NCBI GenBank assembly: GCA_965261005.1 | Contig: OZ253375.1 | Coordinates: 2,208,001 to 2,272,000 of the forward strand | Reading direction: 5' to 3' | Source of the DNA: Deinococcus sp. | GTDB taxonomy: Bacteria; Deinococcota; Deinococci; Deinococcales; Deinococcaceae | DNA: 64,000 nt | Shown here: positions 1 to 9,308 of the stretch, one piece after another | Position numbering within the stretch: position 1 is the first letter of the stretch | How the letters are laid out: every line of letters begins with the position of its first letter | Notes under the pieces: model-generated | Database searches by the model: none | What the model saw: the letters and a program-made list of their open reading frames with translations, nothing else | What the model was told of the DNA's origin: nothing | Program-made: the position numbers and the translations under genes

Positions 1-612
1 GATGCCCGAGCGCGACACCCGGCCGACCGTGGGCTTGAGGCCCAGCACGCCGTTCGAGGCCGCCGGCGACAAGATCGAGCCGCTGGTCTCGGTGCCGACC
101 GCCAGGGGGGCCAGCCGCGCCGCCACCGCCGCCCCGCTGCCCGACGAGCTGCCGCCCACGTCCAGCCCCTCGCCCCAAGGGTTCAGCACCTGTCCGCCCA
201 GCGACGAAAAGCCGTTGGGCATGCCAAAGGTCGTGAAGTTGGCCCACTCGGTCAGGTTGGCCTTGCCCAGGATGACCGCGCCCGCCCGCCGCAGGGTCGC
301 CACCAGCGGGGCGTCGCGCTCTGGGACGTGCCCCTCCAGGTTCCAGGCGCCCGCCGTGGTCGGCAGGCCCGCCACGTCTATGTTGTCCTTGATCAGGACC
401 GGCACCCCGGACAGCGGCCCGCTGTGGCCGGCGCGGTCGAGCCGCCCCGCTTCTTCGAGCGCGTGCGGATTCACGGCGCGCAGGGCGTTCACCCGTTCGC
501 CGTAGGTTTCGAGGCGCTTCAGGTAAAACGCGGTCACCTCGTGGGCGCTCAGGTCGCCGCGCCCAATGGCCCCGGCGAGGTCCGTGGCGCCGAACTGCAA
601 CAGGTCGGTCAT
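1..612 (-). CDS. Amidase family protein (5' part; runs off the window start)
   Basis: Manual translation from ATG 612: [13 protein letters not shown]...[15 protein letters not shown]...GGSSSGSG...[32 protein letters not shown], the amidase signature. Not in the ORF track because its stop lies outside the window. Confidence 0.9.
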   Translation of the reverse strand, partial: MTDLLQFGATDLAGAIGRGDLSAHEVTAFYLKRLETYGERVNALRAVNPHALEEAGRLDRAGHSGPLSGVPVLIKDNIDVAGLPTTAGAWNLEGHVPERDAPLVATLRRAGAVILGKANLTEWANFTTFGMPNGFSSLGGQVLNPWGEGLDVGGSSSGSGAAVAARLAPLAVGTETSGSILSPAASNGVLGLKPTVGRVSRSGI

Positions 613-736
613 GCCCGAGTGTAGCGGGAGGCGAGGGTTCGGCCATCACTTCACAAATCTCCACAGCTTCCTTTGATGAACGGTCACCGCCAATAAAGCT
701 CACCCCCGCGCCGGCCCGGCTCACTAAGGTTCCTTT

Positions 737-1684
737 ATGAAAGCGGCGCGTCTTCACGAGTTCGGCGGTCCCGAAGTGCTCAAGGTCGAGGAGGTGGCTT
801 GGCCCCACCCGCAGGGGGACGAGGTGCTGATCCGCGTTCACGGCAGCAGCATCAACGGGACCGACCTCGGCATTCGCAAGGGGGCCGGTCCCTTCGCGCT
901 CACGACCCGGCGTCCTTTTATCGTCGGCTTTGACCTCGCCGGCGAGGTGGTGGGCTTGGGGCCGAAGGTGACCACCTTCGAGCACGGCGACCACGTGACC
1001 TCGTTGCTGGGCCACGGCGGCGGCGGCGCGGCCGAGTACGTGACGGTCAGCCAGGAGCGCGTGGGCCTGGCGCCCACCTCGGTGCCGCTGCCCGTGGCGT
1101 CCGCCCTGCCGCTGGCGGGCCTGACCGCGCTGCAAGCCCTGCGCGCGGGCGCCGGCGACCAGCTTAAAAAGGGCGCGCGGGTATTGGTGAACGGCGCTTC
1201 GGGCGGCATCGGCTCCTACGGGGTGCAGCTCGCCAAGCACTTCGGCTGCTTCGTGACCGGCACGGCGCGCGGCGAAAAGCTGGACTTCGTGCGCGACCTG
1301 GGCGCCGACGAGGTCATTGACTACCAAAAGACCGACTTCGTGGAGGGCGGCGATACTTGGGACATCATCTTCGACACGCCGCCCAGCCTCTCCTTTTCAC
1401 ACGTCAAGCCGGCCCTGGGCGAGGGCGGCGTGCTGGTCTCTACCCGCCCCTTTCCCACCGACCTCACCACGCTGGCCGGTTTGCTGAGCCAGCACGGCCC
1501 GCGCTTCCGGGGCGTGATGACGAGGGAGCGCGGCTCCGACCTGACCTACCTGGCGCGCTTGGTGGACGACGGCGCCATTCGCATTCCCCTGACCCGCACC
1601 TTTCCCTTGGAAGAGATCGTGGCGGCGCACCGCTACGCGGAAAGCGAGAAGGCCGTGGGCAAGGTGACGGTGTCGGTCGTTTAA
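737..1684 (+). CDS. NAD(P)-dependent medium-chain oxidoreductase (quinone oxidoreductase-like)
   Basis: MKAARLHEFGGPEVL start, NGASGGIG nucleotide-binding motif, GKVTV C-terminus. Confidence 0.9.
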   Translation: MKAARLHEFGGPEVLKVEEVAWPHPQGDEVLIRVHGSSINGTDLGIRKGAGPFALTTRRPFIVGFDLAGEVVGLGPKVTTFEHGDHVTSLLGHGGGGAAEYVTVSQERVGLAPTSVPLPVASALPLAGLTALQALRAGAGDQLKKGARVLVNGASGGIGSYGVQLAKHFGCFVTGTARGEKLDFVRDLGADEVIDYQKTDFVEGGDTWDIIFDTPPSLSFSHVKPALGEGGVLVSTRPFPTDLTTLAGLLSQHGPRFRGVMTRERGSDLTYLARLVDDGAIRIPLTRTFPLEEIVAAHRYAESEKAVGKVTVSVV

Positions 1685-1737
1685 AGCTTGCGGCCTTTCG
1701 CCGCAATGCCGCGCGCCGGCGCGGCGTAGCGTGAGCC

Positions 1738-3522
1738 ATGAACCGTCCTACCCGGGTCCCCCGGCCGCGCGACGTGGGCCAGCTGTGGCGGCTGCTGGTC
1801 TACACCCGGCCGTACCGCACCCTGCTGGTCGTGGCCGCTGCGGCGACCTTGATTGCCAGCGCCTTTGGGCTGATCTTTCCGCGCGTGATCGGTACCTTGA
1901 TCGACGCCTCCTTTTTGCGCATCGGCACAACCGACACCGGCCCGCTCGACCGCACGGTGCTGCTGCTGCTGGGGGTCTTTTTGGCGCAGGCGCTGTTCGG
2001 CGCCGCACAGACCTACCTGCTTTCCTACGTCGGCGAGGGCGTGGTGGCCAATTTACGCCGCGAATTGTACGCCCACCTGGTCACACTCAGCCCGCGCTTT
2101 TTTGAGACCCACAAGACCGGTGACCTCACCTCGCGTCTCACCGCCGACGTGGCGACGGTGCAGGGGGCCGTCAGCAGCGCCCTCGCGCAGCTGTTCAGCC
2201 AGAGCCTCACCTTGGTGGGCGCGCTGGTCATCCTGCTCGCCACCAACTGGCGCCTGAGCTTGCTGATGCTCTCCATCGTGCCCGTCGTGGTGCTGGCGGC
2301 GGTCTACTTCGGGCGCCAACTGCGGCGCGTCTCGCGCGCTTACCAAGACCGGGTGGCGGCGGCGAACGGCAGCGCCGACGAGGCCATCGGCAACATCCGG
2401 GTGGTGCAGTCCTTTACGGCCGAGCCTTGGGAGGCGCGGCGCTACGCGGACCTGATCCGGGAATCGTTCGCGGTGGCCCTCAAAAGGGCGCGGGTGCGCG
2501 CCGCCTTTGTGCCCGGCGTGACCTTCGCGATGTTCGGCGCCATCGGCGCGGTGCTGTGGTACGGCGGGCGGCTGGTCATCGCGGGCACCATCACGCCGGG
2601 GGCGCTGGTGTCGTTTTTGTTTTACACCCTGCTGGTGGCGGCCTCCATCGGGGCCTTTACCGGGCTGCTCAGCCAGTTTCAGGAGGCGCTGGGCGCTTCC
2701 TCGCGCATCTTCGAGCTGCTCGACGAGGGGAGCGATCTGCCCGGGCCGGCGAACCCGGCGCCCTTGGGCGAGGTGGTGGGCCGGGTCAGCTTCGAGGGGG
2801 TCGGCTTTGCCTACGGGGACCGGGGGGAGGGCGAGGTGCTCTCGGGCATCAACCTCGACGTCGCGCCCGGCGAGGTGGTCGCCCTGGTCGGGCCGAGCGG
2901 CGCGGGCAAGAGCACCTTGGTCTCGCTGATCCCGCGCTTCTACGACGTCACCTCTGGCGCCCTCAAGCTCGACGGGCGCGACGTGCGCGACCTCGATTTG
3001 CGCGAGTTGCGGGGGCACGTCGGCATCGTGCCGCAGGAGACCCAGCTCTTTTCGGGCAGCTTGCGCGAGAACATCCGCTACGGTCGCCCGGAGGCCAGCG
3101 ACGCCGAAATCGAGGCCGCCGCCCGCGCCGGGGGCGCGCACGGCTTCATCAGCGCCTTTCCGGGCGGCTACGACACCCCGGTCGGCGAGCGCGGCGTCAA
3201 GCTGTCGGGCGGTCAGCGCCAGCGCGTCGCCATCGCCCGCGCCCTCTTAAAGAACCCGCGCGTGCTGATTCTGGACGAGGCTACCAGCGCCCTCGACTCA
3301 GAGAGCGAGTCCTTGGTGCAGGGGGCACTGGAGCGTCTGATGGTGGGCCGCACGACCCTGGTGATCGCCCACCGCCTGAGCACGGTCAGAAACGCCGGCC
3401 GTATCGTGGTGCTGGACGCCGGGCGCGTTTTGGAGACCGGCACCCACGCCGAGCTGCTGGCGCGCGGCGGGCTGTACCGCGACCTCTACGACCTTCAGTT
3501 CCGCGAGGGGGTGGCGAGTTGA
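1738..3522 (+). CDS. ABC exporter, fused permease/ATPase (MsbA-like)
   Basis: N-terminal TM helices, Walker A GPSGAGKS, LSGGQRQR signature, ILDEATSALD. Confidence 0.93.
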   Translation: MNRPTRVPRPRDVGQLWRLLVYTRPYRTLLVVAAAATLIASAFGLIFPRVIGTLIDASFLRIGTTDTGPLDRTVLLLLGVFLAQALFGAAQTYLLSYVGEGVVANLRRELYAHLVTLSPRFFETHKTGDLTSRLTADVATVQGAVSSALAQLFSQSLTLVGALVILLATNWRLSLLMLSIVPVVVLAAVYFGRQLRRVSRAYQDRVAAANGSADEAIGNIRVVQSFTAEPWEARRYADLIRESFAVALKRARVRAAFVPGVTFAMFGAIGAVLWYGGRLVIAGTITPGALVSFLFYTLLVAASIGAFTGLLSQFQEALGASSRIFELLDEGSDLPGPANPAPLGEVVGRVSFEGVGFAYGDRGEGEVLSGINLDVAPGEVVALVGPSGAGKSTLVSLIPRFYDVTSGALKLDGRDVRDLDLRELRGHVGIVPQETQLFSGSLRENIRYGRPEASDAEIEAAARAGGAHGFISAFPGGYDTPVGERGVKLSGGQRQRVAIARALLKNPRVLILDEATSALDSESESLVQGALERLMVGRTTLVIAHRLSTVRNAGRIVVLDAGRVLETGTHAELLARGGLYRDLYDLQFREGVAS

Positions 3523-3936
3523 TCAGCTTTTCCGAATCAGCCTCACCTCAAAGGGCAGGTCGGGCACCCGCGCCCACTTGCGCTCCGCCGTCAGAACGTC
3601 GGCGCCCAGCCGCTCCGCCGTTCCCAAACACAGGCAGTCGCCCAAGCTCAGGTCGTAGGGGGTTCTACGGGCGTAGTAAAAGCTGGCCGCTCCTTGTGCC
3701 GCCACCTCAAAGGGCACCACGCCCATCACTTGATTCAGCAGCGCGAATTCCCGCCGCACCTGCAAGGCGGTGAACTCGCCCCGGCTGACCAGCTTGCCCT
3801 CGACCTCGACCAGCTGAGCGGCGCCAATCAGGCAGTCGGACGCGCGCAGCGCCCCCTGCACCTCCTCCCAGCCGGCCTCGCGCCGCAGCAAGGCCATCAA
3901 CGCGCTGGCGTCGAGCAACAGCGGCTTGTCACTCAC
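3523..3936 (-). CDS. vapC: VapC/PIN-domain toxin
   Basis: LLLDASALMA and LSLGDCLCL..A..VLTAE PIN motifs; GTG 3936 overlaps the antitoxin stop. Confidence 0.85.
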   Translation of the reverse strand: MSDKPLLLDASALMALLRREAGWEEVQGALRASDCLIGAAQLVEVEGKLVSRGEFTALQVRREFALLNQVMGVVPFEVAAQGAASFYYARRTPYDLSLGDCLCLGTAERLGADVLTAERKWARVPDLPFEVRLIRKS

Positions 3937-4231
3937 CTGCGTCTTGCTCACGCGCCGCCTCGGCATGGCGGTCGGCGATCAATTCTTGGGTCAGGTCCAA
4001 ACCGTCGTCCCTCGCGAACGCGCCCGTGAGCTGGTCAATCAGGGCTTGCTTGGTCGTCAACACGACGCCCTCCGACGTCTCAAGGTAAAGGATGGTGTCT
4101 CCCTCCTCCACGCCGAGTGCTTGACGAATCGCTTGGGGTACAATTGTGCGCCCCTTGACACCAATATTGGAAGAGTGAGTTTGAGTTCTGTAGGTTTTCA
4201 CTTTTGAAAATGGTGTATCCTTCTCGGTCAT
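3929..4231 (-). CDS. vapB: AbrB/MazE-family antitoxin
   Basis: KGRTIVPQAIRQALGVEEGD swapped-hairpin motif; directly upstream of the PIN gene. Confidence 0.85.
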   Translation of the reverse strand: MTEKDTPFSKVKTYRTQTHSSNIGVKGRTIVPQAIRQALGVEEGDTILYLETSEGVVLTTKQALIDQLTGAFARDDGLDLTQELIADRHAEAAREQDAGE

Positions 4232-4279
4232 GGTGCCATATTAACGCGGAAGTCTCAGATGAGCCTCGACGTGGTGAAT

Positions 4280-4906
4280 CTACGCGCTCGGCTTGCCCGG
4301 CGACACCCACGGGTTGCCCGCGATCAGGAAGCGCCACGGCAATTCGCGCCCCACGCTCAGGCCGACGCGCGCCGTGACCGTCACCTCCGCTTCCGGCAGC
4401 GGCTCGCCCGCCGCGAAGAAGAACGTCGGGCCGTCCACGGGCTGACCCTCCAACTGCGCCCCCAATCCCAGCGCCGTTACCAGCTTGGCCGGGCCGTTCA
4501 TCAGGTCGCGCTCGCGCCTCACGGGGCGCCGCCCCAACATCCAGTCCAGGCCGAACAGCGGCTCGGCCGCCCGAATCAGGATGGTGGCCTCAACGCCGGC
4601 GGGCCGGCACACGACGTTCAGCAGGCGGTGTTCGTAGCTGCGGTGAAAGTACAGCCGCCCCGCCGGCCCCGCGAGCGCCTGCTTAGCGCCGGGCAGCTTT
4701 TCGATCACGTGGCAGCTCGGGTCGCGCGGGCAGTCGTATGCCTCGCTCTCCACGATGCGGGCGGCGGCGACCGTCTCGAAGCCGCCCGGCACGGCTTCGC
4801 GGCGCACCAGCAGGCAGCCCAGCAGCTCGCGGGCCACCCGCACGGGGTCGCGTTCAAAGAAGGTGGGGGAGAGGGCGGCGGCGTGTTCGGGCAGGTGATC
4901 CATCAC
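4280..4906 (-). CDS. mpg: DNA-3-methyladenine glycosylase (MPG/AAG family)
   Basis: VARELLG..L, RIVESEAY, LIRAAEP, NGPAKL, RVG..PWRF motifs. Confidence 0.9.
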   Translation of the reverse strand: MMDHLPEHAAALSPTFFERDPVRVARELLGCLLVRREAVPGGFETVAAARIVESEAYDCPRDPSCHVIEKLPGAKQALAGPAGRLYFHRSYEHRLLNVVCRPAGVEATILIRAAEPLFGLDWMLGRRPVRRERDLMNGPAKLVTALGLGAQLEGQPVDGPTFFFAAGEPLPEAEVTVTARVGLSVGRELPWRFLIAGNPWVSPGKPSA

Positions 4907-4939
4907 GGCTTGTATCTTTCCACGGGCTAGACTGGCCGG

Positions 4940-5653
4940 ATGTTGCTGTATGGCCGAAATCCTGTTTTAGAAGCCTTGCAAGGCGGCCGGGTGAGCGAAC
5001 TCTTGGTGGCGAACGGCGTCGAGAAGAGCTTTCTGGGTGAGCTGAAAGCCTTTGACGTGCGCCTGCGCTTCGCCCCCCGCATCGAACTCGACCAACTCGC
5101 CGGCACCACCGCCCACCAAGGCGTGATCGCCGAGGTGGAGGACCTGGCCTGGGCCAGCGTGGACGACATTCTCGACCGCGCCGAGGCGAGAAACGAGCAA
5201 CTCTTGATGGTGCTGCTCGACGGCGTGACCGACCCGCGCAACTTCGGGGCCATCGTCCGCAGCGCCGAGGTGCTGGGCGCCCACGGCGTGGTGGTCGAGG
5301 AGCGCCGTAGCGCCCCGCTGTCCGCCACGGTCGCCAAGGCGGCGGCGGGGGCGACCAGCTTTCTGCCGGTGGCGCAGGTCAAGAACCTGCCGCGCCTGAT
5401 GGACGCCCTCAAGGAGGACGGCGTGTGGGTCTACGGCGCGGCGGGCGAGGCGGCGCGCGACCTCGCCCAGCTCGACTACGACCGCAAGTTGGCCCTGGTG
5501 ATCGGTTCGGAGGGCGAGGGCCTGCGGCGCTTGGTGCGCGAGAAGTGCGACGAGCTGGTGAGCGTCCCGGTGAAGGGCCAGGTCAAGAGCCTCAACGCCT
5601 CGGTGGCGGCGGGCATCCTGATCTACCACGCGCTGGCGAGCCGCTCAGCTTGA
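4940..5653 (+). CDS. rlmB: 23S rRNA Gm2251 methyltransferase (TrmH/SpoU family)
   Basis: YGRNPVLEAL, LDGVTDPRNFGAIVRSA, IGSEGEG, SLNASVAAG. Confidence 0.92.
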   Translation: MLLYGRNPVLEALQGGRVSELLVANGVEKSFLGELKAFDVRLRFAPRIELDQLAGTTAHQGVIAEVEDLAWASVDDILDRAEARNEQLLMVLLDGVTDPRNFGAIVRSAEVLGAHGVVVEERRSAPLSATVAKAAAGATSFLPVAQVKNLPRLMDALKEDGVWVYGAAGEAARDLAQLDYDRKLALVIGSEGEGLRRLVREKCDELVSVPVKGQVKSLNASVAAGILIYHALASRSA

Positions 5654-5680
5654 CCTAAGTTAGCTTATCTGATAATTTAG
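5650..5680 (+). promoter_or_regulatory. Sigma70-type leaderless promoter overlapped by an imperfect inverted repeat (putative antitoxin operator)
   Basis: TTGACC(5650)-N17-TAATTT(5673)-N6-GTG(5685); CTAAGTTAGC-N6-GATAATTTAG, 8/10 self-complementary. Confidence 0.65.
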
Positions 5681-5684
5681 TGCC

Positions 5685-6146
5685 GTGCCGAACGGTTTTG
5701 ACTTCTTAACCTCCGAGGTGCTGGAGTGGGAGATTCAAGCAGTTTGGGACGCGATTGACCAGAACCGTCTCGTCTTTACAGATCACGCCGACAACGAGGC
5801 CTACCTTGATGGGCTATTGCCGGAGGACCTTCTCGACGCCATCGCCCTGTATGACGAGGTCACCAAGGATTTGCCCGGCAACGTGCTCCGCCGCGCCGCC
5901 GGCCTCAACTTTGACCGGCGCTTGGGGCGGCGCACGCTTCGCGTCAAGGTTGGCTGGCGCGGTGGCTACATCGTTATCACTGCCATGTTGCTTCAAAAAG
6001 GGAGAGTGCCGTGGAAGAACACCTTAGAACGCATGTCAAGCCCCTTAGAAACGGGGGAAAGCTCACGGTCGAGAACGTGCCCACGTTGCTCGACCCTGGG
6101 GAACCGGACTTTCGGGCGTTCACGTTGGACACCGCTCGCCGCCTGA
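5685..6146 (+). CDS. Putative DUF4258-like toxin
   Basis: LVFTDHA at the N-terminus and YIVITAM strand near residue 100 resemble the DUF4258/BrnT-like fold; the C-terminal ~45 aa overlap the next gene. Confidence 0.55.
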   Translation: MPNGFDFLTSEVLEWEIQAVWDAIDQNRLVFTDHADNEAYLDGLLPEDLLDAIALYDEVTKDLPGNVLRRAAGLNFDRRLGRRTLRVKVGWRGGYIVITAMLLQKGRVPWKNTLERMSSPLETGESSRSRTCPRCSTLGNRTFGRSRWTPLAA

Positions 6147-6520
6147 ATCACCTGGCCGGTCACCTCGACGACACTCGACCCGGCGAGAACGTCAGGGTAC
6201 GCTATGACCAGCTCCTTCACGACGCCATTCAAAGTGACCTAGCCGCCGCTGGCCGTGTGGAACTGGAGTACGTGCCGCTGCCACCACAGCCGCAGCTCGG
6301 GCCGGACCCGGTGAGCTTGGAGTTGCGCCGCGCCACGCAGGAGCGGCGGCTCAGCGGGCGCGAGCTGGCCGCGCGCCTGAACGTCAAGCCCCCGGTGGTG
6401 TCGCGCTGGCTCAGCCCCAACTACCACGGGCACAGCATGGACGCCCTGCGCCGCTTGGCCGAGGCGCTCGACATGGAGCTTGAGGTGAAGTTGAAGCCGA
6501 GGGAGGAGCGGCCGGTGTAA
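6011..6520 (+). CDS. XRE-family HTH protein, putative antitoxin with a YgiT/MqsA-like N-terminus
   Basis: LSGRELAARLNVKPPVVSRW..SMDALRRLAEALD HTH; LTVENVP...GE N-terminal motif; RBS AGGGAG. Confidence 0.7.
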   Translation: MEEHLRTHVKPLRNGGKLTVENVPTLLDPGEPDFRAFTLDTARRLNHLAGHLDDTRPGENVRVRYDQLLHDAIQSDLAAAGRVELEYVPLPPQPQLGPDPVSLELRRATQERRLSGRELAARLNVKPPVVSRWLSPNYHGHSMDALRRLAEALDMELEVKLKPREERPV

Positions 6521-6618
6521 GCCGGCCTGGCTTGACCGCGCGAGAACATAAACCCCAGATGAAATCGTTCGTGAGTCGCCCACTCGCTCACTTCGCCTCC
6601 CCCTCGTAAGGTGGTTTT

Positions 6619-7383
6619 ATGGAGTACTTCGGCTGGGTCTCAAACCCGGAAATCTGGCTCTCCCTGGTCACGCTGACGGTGTTGGAGATCGTGTTGGGCA
6701 TTGACAACATCATCTTCATCTCGATTTTGGCGGGCAAGCTGGCCGCCCACCAGCAGGCGCGTGCCCGCACGCTGGGCCTCGCGCTGGCGATGGTCACGCG
6801 TATTCTGCTGCTGTTCTCGCTGTCGTGGGTGATTCGCCTGACGGCGCCACTGTTCGTCGTGTTCGGCCAGGAAATCTCGGGGCGCGACCTGATTCTGCTG
6901 GGCGGCGGTTTGTTTTTGCTGTACAAGGCGACCCGCGAGATTCACGAGAAGCTGGAGGGTGAGGACCATGCCGAGGTGGCGCGCACCCCGCCGAGCTTCA
7001 ACGCCGTGATCGGCCAGATTCTGCTGCTGGATATGGTCTTTTCGCTGGACAGCGTGATCACGGCGGTGGGCCTGGTGGACGAACTGGCCGTGATGGTCGC
7101 CGCCGTCGTGATCTCGGTGCTGATCATGCTGGTTTCCGCCGGCCCCATCAGCGCCTTTGTCAACCGCCACCCCACCGTCAAGATGCTGGCCCTGAGTTTC
7201 CTGCTGCTGATCGGCATGACCTTGGTCGCCGAGGGCCTGGACTTCCACGTGCCCAAGGGCTACATCTACTTCGCGATGGGCTTCGCGGTCTTGGTGGAGC
7301 TGCTCAACATGCGCGGCCGGCGCGGTCAGCCGGTGCAGCTCAACGAGCCGCGCGCAACGGGCGAGCGCACCCAAATCGAATAG
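6619..7383 (+). CDS. TerC family membrane protein
   Basis: LEIVLGIDNIIFISIL and DMVFSLDSVITAVG motifs. Confidence 0.92.
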   Translation: MEYFGWVSNPEIWLSLVTLTVLEIVLGIDNIIFISILAGKLAAHQQARARTLGLALAMVTRILLLFSLSWVIRLTAPLFVVFGQEISGRDLILLGGGLFLLYKATREIHEKLEGEDHAEVARTPPSFNAVIGQILLLDMVFSLDSVITAVGLVDELAVMVAAVVISVLIMLVSAGPISAFVNRHPTVKMLALSFLLLIGMTLVAEGLDFHVPKGYIYFAMGFAVLVELLNMRGRRGQPVQLNEPRATGERTQIE

Positions 7384-7404
7384 CAGGCCGAATAGACTGA
7401 GGGC

Positions 7405-8292
7405 GTGAGCGCTCAAACGGAAACGGCGTCGCGCGGCGGTCACGCCCCGCTGGTGTGGCTATCCCTGCTGGCGGTATACCTTGTGTGGGGCAGCACCTAT
7501 TACGGCATCAAGGTGGCCATCGGCTCGCTGCCGCCGCTGGGCATGCTGGGCGTGCGCTTCTTCGTGGCCGGGGCGCTGCTGTACGGCGCGCTGCGCCTGC
7601 GCGGGGTGGCGCCCCCGACAAAGGTACAGTGGCGGGCGAGCGCCTTTGTGGGCGTGCTGCTGCTGTTCGGCGGCACCGGCCTGGTTACCCTGGCCGAGCG
7701 CAGCGTCAGTTCAAGCGTGGCGGCCATGGTGATCGCGGTATCGCCGCTGTTCGCCTCGCTGTTCGCGCGCTTGTGGGGCGAGCGAACCGGCGGGCGCGAG
7801 TGGTTGGGCATCGGGGTGGGGCTGCTCGGCATCGCGCTGCTTAACCTGGGCGATCTGCGCGCCACGCCGCTGGGCGCCCTGCTGCTGATCCTGGCGCCGC
7901 TGAGCTGGTCTTTCGGCAGCATCTGGAGCAAGCACCTCGCGCTGCCAACGGGCCTGATGGGATCGGCGGCGGAAATGCTCGCCGGCGGCGCCTTTTTGCT
8001 GCTGCTCAGCGCGGTCTTGCGCGAGCCGTGGCATGTGCCGAGCGCCGCGAGTGCCTGGGCGCTGGCGTACCTGATCGTCTTCGGCTCGCTGCTGGCCTAC
8101 AGCGCCTACGTGTACCTGCTGGCGAACGTGCGGCCCGCGCTGGCGACCAGCTACGCCTACGTGAACCCGGTGGTCGCGGTCGCGCTGGGGGTGGGCCTGG
8201 GCGGCGAACACCTTTCGCCCCTCGGCTGGCTTGCCCTGGGCGTGATTCTGGCGGGCGTGGCGCTCGTCGCTTGGCCGAGCAGGGCACACTAG
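7405..8292 (+). CDS. EamA/DMT drug-metabolite transporter (YedA-like)
   Basis: VYLVWGSTY, about 10 TM helices, SYAYVNPVVAV. Confidence 0.88.
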   Translation: MSAQTETASRGGHAPLVWLSLLAVYLVWGSTYYGIKVAIGSLPPLGMLGVRFFVAGALLYGALRLRGVAPPTKVQWRASAFVGVLLLFGGTGLVTLAERSVSSSVAAMVIAVSPLFASLFARLWGERTGGREWLGIGVGLLGIALLNLGDLRATPLGALLLILAPLSWSFGSIWSKHLALPTGLMGSAAEMLAGGAFLLLLSAVLREPWHVPSAASAWALAYLIVFGSLLAYSAYVYLLANVRPALATSYAYVNPVVAVALGVGLGGEHLSPLGWLALGVILAGVALVAWPSRAH

Positions 8293-8392
8293 CCGGCCCC
8301 AAACCCGCGTGCTACACTCTCAAAGCTGCCCATTTCTTGGGCCGAGTTGACTTGTCCCGGCCTCGTGCCGGCGGACCCCCGAGGAGAGAACC

Positions 8393-8539
8393 ATGAAACG
8401 CACCTACCAACCCAACACCCGCAAGCGCGCCAAGACCCACGGCTTTCGCGCCCGCATGGCGACCAAGGCCGGCCGCCGCGTGCTGGCCCGCCGCCGCGCC
8501 AAGGGCCGCACCCAGCTCTCGGTCTCCGACGAGCGCTAA
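8393..8539 (+). CDS. rpmH: 50S ribosomal protein L34
   Basis: Manual translation [57 protein letters not shown]; too short for the ORF track. Confidence 0.98.
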   Translation: MKRTYQPNTRKRAKTHGFRARMATKAGRRVLARRRAKGRTQLSVSDER

Positions 8540-8551
8540 ATTTTTTGATGG

Positions 8552-8584
8552 GGGGCGGCGGGCGTGTCCCGCCGCCCCTTTCTT
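8552..8584 (+). terminator. GC hairpin with short U tract between rpmH and rnpA
   Basis: GGGGCGGCGGG-cgtgt-CCCGCCGCCCC-TTTCTT. Confidence 0.6.
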
Positions 8585-8590
8585 AGGCCC

Positions 8591-8971
8591 ATGACCCAAG
8601 ACCCTCCCAAGCAAAAGCCGCGCAAGCGCAGCGGCGGCCTCGCCTCCCTCACCGGGGACCGCGAGTTTCGGCAGGTACGTAAAGGGAAGACCGTGCGCAC
8701 GCCGCTGTTCACCCTGCGCGCCCTGCACTACCGCCCGAGGCACAAGGAGCCGTACCGGCCCATGACGCTGGTGGGCATCGTGGTCGCCAAGAAGACCCTC
8801 AAGAGCGCCGTGGACCGCAACCGGGTCCGGCGCCGGGTGCGCGAGGCGCTCCGCACGCTGGACTTGCCGCCGTGCCGCGCCGTGTTGCTGCCCACGCCGG
8901 GGGTGCTGCGCGTTCCCTTTGCAGAACTGCGCGACCAATTGGCGCGCGCCTTTGATAAGGCGGCGCCGTGA
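8591..8971 (+). CDS. rnpA: Ribonuclease P protein component
   Basis: [15 protein letters not shown] (RNR motif); follows rpmH. Confidence 0.93.
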   Translation: MTQDPPKQKPRKRSGGLASLTGDREFRQVRKGKTVRTPLFTLRALHYRPRHKEPYRPMTLVGIVVAKKTLKSAVDRNRVRRRVREALRTLDLPPCRAVLLPTPGVLRVPFAELRDQLARAFDKAAP

Positions 8972-9038
8972 CAACCGTTCCCAGACAACCGTGATCGGGG
9001 CTGGAACTTCACACTTCCTGAAGCCGTAGACTAATCGG

Positions 9039-9308
9039 GTGTGCCCGCCCCAAGCCGAGTCCGTCAGCCCGCCGGTTCGCGCGCTGCTGGCCGGGATTCG
9101 TTTTTACCAGAGCGTGCTGTCCCCGCTCAAGGGCGGCGGCACCTGCCGCTTTTCCCCCACCTGCTCGCAGTACGCCGCCGAGGCCATCCAGACGCACGGC
9201 GCCTGGCGCGGCACTGGTCTGGCCGTGAGGCGCATTTCACGCTGCCACCCCCTGCATCCCGGCGGTTACGACCCGGTCCCGCCCCCTCACCTCAAGGAAC
9301 ACGCATGA
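9039..9308 (+). CDS. yidD: Membrane protein insertion efficiency factor
   Basis: [11 protein letters not shown]...[14 protein letters not shown]. Confidence 0.95.
   Translation: MCPPQAESVSPPVRALLAGIRFYQSVLSPLKGGGTCRFSPTCSQYAAEAIQTHGAWRGTGLAVRRISRCHPLHPGGYDPVPPPHLKEHA

Noticed and set aside
650..664. TTCAC-N5-TCCAC as a second cre-tag
   Set aside because: Wrong spacing and one mismatch; too weak to call
6075..6092. CPRC motif in the toxin's overlapping C-terminal extension as a displaced zinc knuckle
   Set aside because: Arises from the alternate frame of the antitoxin's NVPTL codons; a single CxxC, most likely coincidence
6521..6618. yybP-ykoY Mn riboswitch upstream of terC
   Set aside because: Consensus not seen, and the gene appears leaderless (TAAGGT-N6-ATG)
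8293..8392. oriC/dnaA next to rpmH
   Set aside because: No dnaA gene and no DnaA-box cluster; an EamA transporter lies upstream
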